Source of the DNA: the human T2T-CHM13v2.0 reference genome, Homo sapiens
Assembly: GCF_009914755.1 (NCBI RefSeq)
Contig: NC_060933.1
Reading direction: 5' to 3' (one strand)
DNA: 64,000 bases
The notes beneath the pieces are model-generated. The model searched no databases. It worked only from the letters and a program-made list of their open reading frames with translations, and had not been told where the DNA came from. Made by a program: the position numbers and the translations under genes. How positions within the stretch are numbered: the first letter of the stretch is position 1; every line of letters starts with the position of its first letter. This document shows, piece by piece, positions 1 to 16,386 of the stretch.

Positions 1-1169
1 TTATATCTCTGCTCATACGAATTGTCTGCCTTCTGAGATCTTGGTGCTTTAAAAAATTAATTATATATTTTAAATAGAAACACTTTTTCATTCTGTTACA
101 AGAATTAAAATGCAGGTCCATATACACTTTAATTCCTTGGGTAGAATTGATTGACTTTTAAAATCATTATTTTTTTGGTAGCAAACAATAGCTGGCTTGT
201 AGTTAATATTACCAGTTTCTTTTACTTTTTATCCTCTCTTGAGGTCCCGGAAGTGCTGTTTCTTCCCTTCAATAACTCCCACTGAGATGTACCAACCAAT
301 AACTTCATTGTATACCCATTTTGGCTCCCCACTAGCTCCAATGCAACAGAGACCAGCAGGTGCCAAATGCACAGTTTACAAATACAAATGACTGTCAGGT
401 AGCTGTATTGACAGAATGCCTCTGAAAGGTTCTCTGGTGCTGAAGTAATTGCACATGCACCAGAGATAAACATTGAGAGGAGATCAATTTAAATTTAATC
501 TGACATCATCTACTGTCACCCACAGCAAGTGCTAAAATATATCCATTCAATCCATAGCATTGCAAATGGGGTCTATAATGTTTAAGATAAAGCCTCTGCT
601 AGTTTGTTTTATGAGGGCCAAAGATTATCACAACTAATACAGTATGAACTGCTTCTGCTAGTCAAGAAATAATTTATGATTAAATCTTAAATGTGAGAAA
701 TTCATGAAAACACTCAAAACACATTTTTCCAAGCTGATTTTTTTCCACTGTCAACAGATGAAAGAATGTGTGCAAAAGGAAAAGACGAGAGATAGGATGA
801 ATCTGAACTGATGCAGTAGAAAAATAGATTATAAAAGAGCTCTTATCTAGCTTGTGGCCAGAAACTATCCATCATTATTAAGAAGTAACATTCAGTGAAT
901 CAACACTAAATTGTCAAGAAAATAGACTACGTGGTAATCTCCTAAACAGGAAAATAAATGGGCCCTTGCCATAATAAATAAAATTATATATATCACGCTT
1001 TAGGGCAAAATTGTTCTAATTAGAACACCTAAGTGTTTCCCATCCTCCAGTTACTTTTTTGTTTATTTACAATTCTTTATTTTTAGGTGACACAAAATTT
1101 TGACATAGTGAAATGCACAAATGTTAAGTGTATGAACAAACTTTGACAAATGAATACAAGGTAATACGT

Positions 1170-2180
1170 ATTTTTATTTCTTAAAATTTACATACAGCAG
1201 AATTCACTTTTTTAGGCTTAAGTTTTATGAGTTTTAACATGTGCATAGCATTTTGCTACCAGCTTCTCAAATCAGGTACAGAACAATTCCAACACCCTTT
1301 TTAAGTCAGACTCTTCCATTTCCCATAACCCCTGGCAACTGTTGACCTTCTATGTTGTCATTTCTAGAAAATCATACAACATGTAATTATAAGAATGGCT
1401 TTTTTTTTTCACTTGGCATTATTGCATTTGGGATTCAGCCATTTTTGTATGTATAAAAAGATCTGTTCCTGTATCCATTGCTGAACAGTATTTCCCATTG
1501 AGTAGATACACAATTAGTTTATCCATTCAAGGACATTCAAGTTCTTTCCAGATTTTGGTGATTATGAACAATACTGCTACAAACATTTGTGCACAAGTTT
1601 TTGTGAACTTTGTCTAGAATAAATGCCAGGTTATATGGTAGGTATATGTCTTACTTTTGAAGAAACTGCCAAACTGTTTTCTAGAGTGACTGTATCATGT
1701 TGTAATCCACCAGCAATGTATGAAACTTCCAGTTGTTCCACATCCTCATGAATACCTTGTATTATCAGTATTTTAATTTAGGCATTCTAAAAAATATATA
1801 CTAATGATGTTGAGCACCCTTCACATGTGTTTATCTGCCATCCCTATATCTTCTTTACATTCTATCAGTATCTTTCACAGAACAAAAGTTTTTAATTTGA
1901 TGAAGACCAATTTATAAATGATTTCCTTTTATGGATAGTGCTTTTGATACTCTAAGAACTCTCTGTGAAACCCCAGGTCATAAAGAGTTTCTCCTATGTT
2001 CGCTTCTAAGAGTTTTCTAGTTTTATCTTACATATAGGTACATGATAAATTCTAAGTTAATTTTTCATAGAAGGAAATTCTTTTTTGGTATGAGGACATT
2101 CAGTTAGTCTAGCACCATCTCTTGAAAAGACTATTCTTTCTCCACTGAATTGCCTTAGCACCTTTAAAAAAATCTATTAC
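1170..2180 (-). mobile_element. Old L1M 3' portion, host of the full-length L1; continues at 8304-9135
   Basis: Degenerate antisense L1 3'UTR/ORF2 motifs that resume after the right TSD. Confidence 0.75.
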
Positions 2181-8288
<6,108 letters not shown>

Positions 8289-8303
8289 AAAAAAATCTAT
8301 TAC

Positions 8304-9135
8304 CATACTTGTATGTCTATTTCTAGACTCTCTCTCTTCCATGGCTCTATGTACCTACTCTTTCACCTATACTACACTGTATTAATTACCTTAGATTTAT
8401 ATTGTGTCTTAAAACTAGGTAATGTGAGTCCTCCAACTTTGTTTCTTTTTCAAAACAGTTTTAGCTATTCTGGTTTAACCTTTCCATATAAATTTTAGAA
8501 TCTGGTTGTCTATATCTACAATGAATCTAGCTGAGATTTTGACTGGGATCACATTAAATTTATAGGTCAATTTGACTGTATCGAGTGTTGTAATCCATCA
8601 ACACAGTATACTTCCTCGTTTATTTTGGTTGTCTTGGATTTCCTTCAGCAGCATTTTGTAACTTTCAACATACAGATTCTGCACATGTTTTGTTTGATTT
8701 ATACCTAGGTAGTTTTTTTTTCCCCCTCCTTTTGGAGCTACTATAAATGGAACTTAAAAAAAAAAATCCTGGTTTCCAATTGTTCATTGTCTTTGTATAG
8801 AAATAAAAGTGATGTTTTAAAAAGTTAACCTGTATACTGCTCAAATCACTTAGTAGTTCTAGGAGCTTTTTAATAATTTGTTGGTAATTTCTATACAGAT
8901 AATCATGTTATATACAAAGAAAGTTAGTTTTATTTATTCCTTTCAGGTCTGAATGCCTTTCATTTATTTTCTTGTTCTGCTAGGATTTCCAGTAAAATAC
9001 TAAAAGAAGTGGTGAGATTGAACATCTTTGCCTAGTTCTCTATCATACAGGAAAAGCATTTGATCCTTTATCATTAGATATGACATTAGCTGTAGGTCCT
9101 TTATAGATGCCCTTTGAAAGACTGAAGTTTCCTTT
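8304..9135 (-). mobile_element. Continuation of the old L1M ORF2 fragment
   Basis: Antisense L1 ORF2 motifs (ccatataaattttagaat, gaatgcctttcatttatttt). Confidence 0.72.
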
Positions 9136-9698
9136 TTTAAAAATCTCCCCAATCCCCATAACCCCCAGCCTCTGGTAACAACCATTCTACTCTCCACCTC
9201 TATGAGTTCAACTTTTAATATTCTGCATATGAGTGAGATCATGCAGTATTTGTCTTTCTGTGCTTGGCTTCTTATTCCACTTAACATACTGTTCACTCCT
9301 AGTTCATTCATGTTGTTACAAATGACAGGATCTCATTCTTTTTTAAGGCTAAATAGTATCCCATTGTGTATATATAGCACATTTTCTTTATCCATTCATC
9401 TGTAGACAGACACTTGGATTGATTCCGTATCTTGCCTATTGTGAATAATGCTGCAATGAACATAGGAGTGCAGATATTTCTTCAACAGATTGATTTCCTA
9501 TCTTTTGGATAGATACCCAGTAGTGGGATTGCTGGATCATAGGGTAGTTCTTTTTTTTTTTTTTTTTTTTATTTTGAGTAAACTCCATACTGTTTTCCAT
9601 AATGACTATACTAATCTACATTTCCACCAACAGTGTGCAAGGGTTCCCTTTTTTCACACATCCTCACCACCGCTTTTGTCTCTTTTATAATAGTCATC

Positions 9699-10153
9699 TT
9701 CTATGGTTTGCATATGGTTGGTTTGTCTCCACCAAACCTCATTTTGAAATTTTATCCCCAACATGGAGGTGCTGGTAGGTGGTGCCTAATGAGAGGTATT
9801 TGGGTCACGGAGGCAGATCCCTCATGAATGGCTTGGTGCCACCCTCATGGTAGTTGAGTTCTAGCTCTAGTGAGATAGGATTAGTTTTGCTGGGATTGAA
9901 TTAGATCCTGTGAGAGTGAGTTGTTACAAAGCCAGGACGCCCCTCAGCTTTGGTCCCTCTTTGCATGTGCCCACTTCCACTTTTACTTTCTCTGCCACGT
10001 TTTAAGGCAGCATAAAAGCCCTCACCAGAAGCTACACAGATGCAGGTGTCATGCTTCTTGTACAGCCTGTAGAACCATAAGCTAAATAAACCTCTTTTCT
10101 TTATAAATTACCCAGCCTCAGGTATTCCTTTATAGCAAGACAAAACAAAGACA
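9699..10153 (+). mobile_element. MaLR solo LTR (MSTA/MSTB-like)
   Basis: Start t(t)ctatggtttg. Diagnostic ttgtacagcctgtagaaccataagctaaataaacctcttttctt...cccagcctcaggtattcctttatagcaa, ending in aca. Confidence 0.88.
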
Positions 10154-10517
10154 CCATTATTCTTTTTTTTCCCCCATTGGTTATTGGGGTACAGGTGGTA
10201 TTTGGTTACATTAGTAAGTTCTTTAGTGGTGACTTGTGAGATTTTGGTGCACCCATCACCAGAGCAGTATACACTACACCCTATTTGTAGTCTTTTATCC
10301 CTCACCCACCTCCCACCCTTCCTCACAAGTCCCCAAAGTCCATTGTTTTATTCTTAAGCCTTTGTGTCCTCATAGCTTAGCTCCCACATATCAGTAAGAA
10401 CATACAATGTTTGGTTTTCCATTCCTGAGTTGCTTCACTTAGAATAATAGTCTCCAATCTCATCCAGATCACTGTAAATGCTGTTCATTCCTTTTTATGG
10501 CTGAGCAGTATTCCATC

Positions 10518-10655
10518 GTGTATGTGTATATATATACATATATATATATATGTATATATATACACATACATATACACACACACATGTATATGTACACATA
10601 CACACGTATGTATATGTGTGTGTATATATATATATATATGCACATATACACACAC
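10518..10655. repeat. Compound (TA)n/(CA)n/(TG)n microsatellite inside L1PB
   Basis: Directly visible alternating purine-pyrimidine tract. Confidence 0.95.
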
Positions 10656-11039
10656 CACAGTTTATCGACTTGTTGACTGATGGGCATTTGGGTTGGTTCC
10701 ATGATCTTGCAATTGTGAATTGTGCTGCTATAAACATGCGTGCGAAGTATCTTTTTCATATAATGACTTCCTTTCCTCTGGGTAGATACCCAGTAGCGGG
10801 ATTGCTGTATCAAATGGTAGTTCTACTTTCAGTTCTTAAAGGAATCTCCACACTGTTTTCCACAGCGGCTGTACTAGTCTACATTCCCACCAGCAGTGTT
10901 GCCTGATCACCACATCCACGCCAACATCTACTTTTTAAAATTTTTTTATTATGGCCATTCTTGCAGAAATAAGGTGGTATTGCATTGTAGTTTTTATTTG
11001 CATTTCCCTGATGATCATTAGTGATGTTTAGCATTTTTT

Positions 11040-12839
11040 TAACAAAATTTTTATTTAATAAATGGTTAAAATCGCAGTGCCAAAAATACATTAACATTTA
11101 ACAATTTCACTGAAAGGAAAAAACTGTAGAATGCACAGTTTCAGAAAGCTATTTTAAGTTATTTACAAATAAAGTGTCTAAAACGCAAAGGCAGGCTCTA
11201 TATGCTTTACCAAATTTATCCCTTCCCGAACAAAATTTCTGTTATTTGGGCAAATCCTTAAACCATGGTTTAAACCGTAATGGTTACAAACCACAAATGC
11301 ATCCATCCAAAGACTGTGAAACCATTTTCATCCGGTCAGTGGCAAAACTGTTGAAAGGGCAATAGTTGAAGCTATTGGGTTTTATACAGTGTGAACTGTT
11401 GATATATATTCCTACCAGGACTAAAACACAGCACACTTTGCAGGCATGGCTGACTCACAAAGGTTGTAACAAACAAGAACTGCTCTTTACTCGACACCAC
11501 AGCTCAGAGGCCACCGAGAAGCACAAGCGACTGACAGCTCCTCTGCTTACAAAAGAATGAAACCCAAAGTGGGTGTCGTTCTCACAGCACTGAAAGTGCT
11601 TCAGGACTTGCACTGATCCAATACTAACTTTCTTCCCTATTTTACACACATTTTTCTACTGTCCAATGGAAGTCATTTTCTGTTTTGGCTAAACAACAAA
11701 TACTAGTGTATAACAGGAATGGTTAAAATCCGTGAGAATTCTGCTTAATTTAAGACATGATCACTACTTCCTTTAGAATGGTTTCTGTGTGTTTCTATGT
11801 CACCCTCTGTATTTTTAGCTTCCAGTTTCCTGGTAAGGAGTAAGTTCTCCTTCCCAGTCACACTCGGGGTCATTTACACATTTCTGGGATACCCTCGCTC
11901 GTCCACGGAGGGCTGGTGCACGCAGTGACTCATTCTGCCTCTTCCCTGTTCTCAGGATCTGTCCCCGAACCTTTTGCCTTGCAGTTCCTCCCGCTTCCGC
12001 CACACGCGAGCTCCCGGATCATACAGCTGCAAGGCCGGCCGGTCCTCGTTTGCCAGTCACTCCTTTCTGGGTGCCGGACCGTCATCACACCTCTGCACTC
12101 TTCCTGGTCTCTCCACGGCCTCCCTCGGAGCCCCGCTGTCCCGGCTCCCCCATCTCTGCTAATCTTCACGCCTTCTGGAAAGCCAGTCAGGCTCGTGGTG
12201 AGCTCTGTGCCTCCTGCCGTCATCCACATGCTGTCTTTGTGCTTCAGATTCTTTTTCTTGAGATCTCTCCACATCCCTGTGCTCTTTGTCACTGCTGCTG
12301 TGTGACCTTAATCCTTACTTCTCTGCAATTTTCTTCGGTTTATCTCATTTTTTGCATCTCTTTTCTTTTTTCCTCTTCCCGCAAACGTTTCTTTTCTCTC
12401 TCCTCCTCCGTTCTTCTCGCTTCTCTTCTCGAATTCTCTGCTTTTCTAATTTTCTATTTTTAATATATTCCAAAATAGGTGTAGTTCTTCTAGCAATGAG
12501 CTCTCTTGTCTTCGCCTCCATCTCCCCCAGCAGTCTCAGGGTTGGCACTGGTCTTCTCTTCCTCCACACAGTAGGTTTCTAAAAAGTTTTTATATTCTGG
12601 ATCTCAGGTCGGCGGCAAAGAACTGGAAGTAGTCGTGCGTGGGCAGCGGGCGCAGCTGCTCCTTGGTGAGGCCCGGGGCAGGAGGCGGATGACCGCCTGC
12701 AGGGAGCGCACGGCCGTTCCCACAGCGGCGGGGCGTGGACACGGCGCACCTGAGGCACAGTGTACCGCGCTGGGAGGCCAGGGCTCCGCCCCCCGACCCT
12801 GTCCCCCGCCCCTCCCCCTCCGCTCAAGGCCGTCCTCTC
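11040..12839 (-). pseudogene. UPF3AP3: UPF3A processed pseudogene (probably UPF3AP3), 5'-truncated and frameshifted, with 3'UTR
   Basis: Translated pieces match recalled UPF3A (LLGEMEAKTRELIARRTTPILEYIKNRKLEKQRIREEKREERRRR; CKAKGSGTDPENREEAE*, stop at 11930). Exon-exon junctions are fused. AATAAA at 11050-11055(-), short A tail, decayed TSD gatgtt(ta/ga)(g/t)catttttt at 11023-11039 and 12840-12856. The pseudogene number is from memory. Confidence 0.92.
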
Positions 12840-13778
12840 GATGTTGATCATTTTTTCATATGTTTGTTGGCCATTTGTGTATCTTTTGAGAACTGTCTAT
12901 TCATGTCCTTAGCCCACTTTTTGATGAGATTATTTGTTTTTTTCTTACTGATTTAAGTTCATTGTCGATTCTGGATGTTAGTCCTTTGTCAGACGTATAG
13001 ATTGTGAAGATTTTCTCCCACTCCATGGGTTGTCAAAGACACCATTCTAATATCTTTGATGATTAGTGATGTTGAGCACTTTTTCATATACCTATTGGCC
13101 GCTTGTGTGTCTTATTTTGAGAAATGTTTATTCAGATGCCTTACCCATTTTCAATCAGGTTGTTTTCTTACTATTGATTTGTTTGGATTCTTTATATATT
13201 TTAAGTATTAACCCCTCATCAGATGTATGGTTTGCAAATCCTTTTTCCCATTCTGTAGGTTGTTTTTTTCACTTTGTAGATTTCCTTCACTGTGCAGAAA
13301 CTTTTTAGTTTGACGTAATCCAATTTTTCTATTTTTGCTTTTATTGCCTGTGCTTTTGGGGTCATATCCAAAAATTTGTGGCCCACACTAATGTCATGAA
13401 GCTTTCCCTGTTTTCTTCAGTACTCTTAAAATTTCAGATCTTATGTTAATGTCTTTAATCTATTTTGAGATGATATTTGTATACGGGGCGAGATGAGGGT
13501 CTAATTTCATTCTTCTGCATGTAGATATCCAGTTTCCCCCCGCTTTTTCCAGCACCATTTATTGAAGAGACTCTCTTTTCTCTCTCTTTTTGGTGCTGGG
13601 AAAAGTGCACCTTTTTTGCACCATCGTCAAAAATCAATTGACCATAACCAGGGTCTCTAGTTTGCTAGGATTTTGTTGAGGACTTTTGCATCTATGTTTA
13701 TCAAGGATATTACCCTGTAATTTTCTTTTCTTGTAGTGTCCTAGTCTGACTTTGAATGTGTTTAAGAGTGTTCTCCCA

Positions 13779-14082
13779 GGCCGGTGCAGTGGCTCATGTC
13801 TCTAATCCCAGTGCTTTGGAAGGCCGTAAGTGGGAGGATCACTTCAGGCCAGGCCAGGAGCTTGAAACCAGCCTGGAAAACAGCAAGAATCCATCTCTAT
13901 AAAAAGTAAAAAAAAAATTAGGTGGGCATGGTGGCACATGCCTGTAGTCCCACCTACTCGGGAGGCTTGAGGTGGGATTACTTGAGCCCAGGAATTTGAG
14001 GCTGCAGTGAGTTATGATTGCTCCACTGCACGCCAGCCTGAGTGATAAAGCAAGATCCTGTATCAAAAAAAAAAAAAAAAAA
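13779..14082 (+). mobile_element. AluJ
   Basis: Dimeric Alu with J-type motifs (gagcccaggaatttgaggctgcagtgag) and A tail. Confidence 0.9.
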
Positions 14083-16294
14083 ACTTTCTCCCTTCTTCAA
14101 TTTTTTGGTAGTTTTAGAAAGAATGGTCATCAGGTCCTGGGCTTTTCTTTGATGGTAGACTTTTCATTACTGATTCAATCTCTTATTTGTTATTGGTTGC
14201 TATTGGTCTGTTTAGATTTTCTGTTTCATGATTCCACCTTGGTAGATTGTATGTGCCTAGTATTTTCTTCTACATTATTAATTTGTTGACATAATTATTC
14301 ATAGTAGCCTCTTATTCTTTTGTATTTCTGTAGTATCAGTTGTAATGTCTCCTCTTTCATTTCTTATTTTTTGAGACTTCTCTCTTTAATTCTAGCTAAA
14401 AGTTTTAAAATTTTATCTTTTTAAAAAACCAGCTATAGTTTTGTTGCTCTTTTCTATTGTTTTTCTAATCTCAATTTCATTTATTTCTTCTGATCTTTAT
14501 TATTTTCTTCCTTCTACTAAATTTGGGCTTGGTTTGTTCTTTTTCTAGTTCCTTGAGATGTAATGTTAGGTTGAGATCTTTCTTGTTTTCTGATGTAGGT
14601 GTTTCTTGCTATAAAACTTCCTTCCTAAAACTATTTTTGCTGCTTCCCATAAGTTTTGTTTGGTATGTTGTATTTCCATTTCCATTTTTTAAAAGATAAT
14701 TTAAAATTTCCCTTTTAAATTCTTCTTTGCTCCACTGGTTGTTCAGTAACATGTTTGATTTCTAGGTATTTGTGAATTTTCCAATTTACTCCCAGTTATT
14801 GATTTCTAGCTTCATACCATTGTGGTCAGAAAAGATATTTGATACAATTTTAATCTTCTTAAATTTGGTAAGACTTGTTTGTGGCCTAACATATGATCTA
14901 TCCTGAAGAATGTTCCATGGGCACTTGAGAAGAATGTGTATCTTGCTTCAGTTGAATAGAATGTTCTATATAAGTATGTTAGGTCCCTTTGAGCTAAAAC
15001 TATTTAAGTCCAAAATTTCCCTATTTTTCTGTCTGGATGATGTGGCCCTTGCTGAAAAAGTAGGGTATTGAAGTCCCCTACTATTACTGTATTATAGTCT
15101 CCTTTCAGATCTATTAATATTTTCTTTATATATTTTGGTGTTCCAATGTTGCATGCAGATATATTTGTAATTATTATATCCTCTTGCTGAATTGATCTCT
15201 TTATATTTACATAATGACCTTGCTTTACAGTTTTTGACTTAAATGTTATATAATTATAGCTACCCTGCCCTCTTTTGGTTTCCATATGTCCCGAATATCT
15301 GTTTACCTCCCTTCACTTTTAGTCTACCTGTGTCCCTTATAGGTGAAGCGAATCTCTTGTAGGCAGTTTATAGTTGGGTATTGGCTTTTTATCCATTCAG
15401 CCAGTCTCTGTCTTTTGACTGGAGAATTTAAGACATTTACATTCAAATTAATTATTGATGGGTAAAGACTACTGCCATTTTGTTAATTGTTCACTGGTTG
15501 TTTTGTAGATCCTTTGTTGCTTTCTTCCTCTCTTCTTGTCTTCCTTTGTGATTAGGTGATTTTCTCTAGTGGTAGGCTTTATTCCTTAATTTTTATCTTT
15601 CGTGTATTTACTAAAGTTTTTTGCTTTGTGGTTACCATGAGATTTACGTAAAATATAATTATAATAGGGTTTTTAAAATTTTTATTTTATTTTGTACATT
15701 TCTTCACTATGTCCTATGCTCATAACAGGCTATTTTAAGCTGATAAAAACTTTATTCACATAAAAAAAAAAAACTACACTTTTACTCTACCCTCCTCACA
15801 TTTTAAATTTCTGGTGTCATAATTTACATCTTTTTATATTGTGTATCCCTAAAATTATTGTAGCTATTATTATTTTAATAGTTCTGTCTTTTATCCTTCA
15901 TACCAAAGCTATAAGTGATTTATATACCACCATTACAGAATTAGAGTATTCTGAATTTGACTGTATACTTACTTTCACCAGTGAGTTTTATACTTTCACG
16001 TTTTCATGTTAGTACTTACTGTCCTTTTCTTTCAGCCTGAAGAACTCCCTTTTAGCATTCTTTTTAAGACAGGTCTGATGGTAATGAACTCCCTCAGCTT
16101 TTGTTCATCTGGGAAAGTCTTTAGCTCTCATTTCTGAAGGACAGCTTTGCCAGGTATTAATATAATATTGCTGGTTGGCAGTTTTCTTCCTTAAAGACTT
16201 TGAACATATCATCCCACTCTCTCCTGGTCTATAAGGATTCTGATGAGAAAACTGCTGCTAGCTGTACTGGAACTCCCCTTTATATGTTATTTGC

Positions 16295-16386
16295 TCTTCT
16301 CTTGCTGCTTTCAGAATCTTCTCTTGCTGCTTTCATAATCTTCTCTTGCTGCTTTCATAATCTTCTCTTGCTGCTTTCAGAATCTT
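16295..16386. repeat. 22-bp minisatellite x4, tcttctcttgctgctttca(g/t)aa
   Basis: Four direct copies, with the variable base in the order g,t,t,g. Confidence 0.95.

Larger units (their letters stand above)
10159..13033 (-). mobile_element. 5'-truncated L1PB (L1PB1-like), split by the UPF3A retrocopy
   Basis: L1PB 3'UTR motifs at 10160-11039 resume at 12840-13033. 13-bp TSD caaagacaccatt at 10146-10158 and 13034-13046. Confidence 0.85.

Noticed and set aside
10469-10906. Low-complexity YI/CV/HT-rich ORFs
   Set aside because: Translations of the TA/CA microsatellite inside L1PB.
11815-12956. Cluster of overlapping ORFs as a novel gene
   Set aside because: They are shifted or antisense frames of the UPF3A pseudogene; no intact UPF3A ORF remains.
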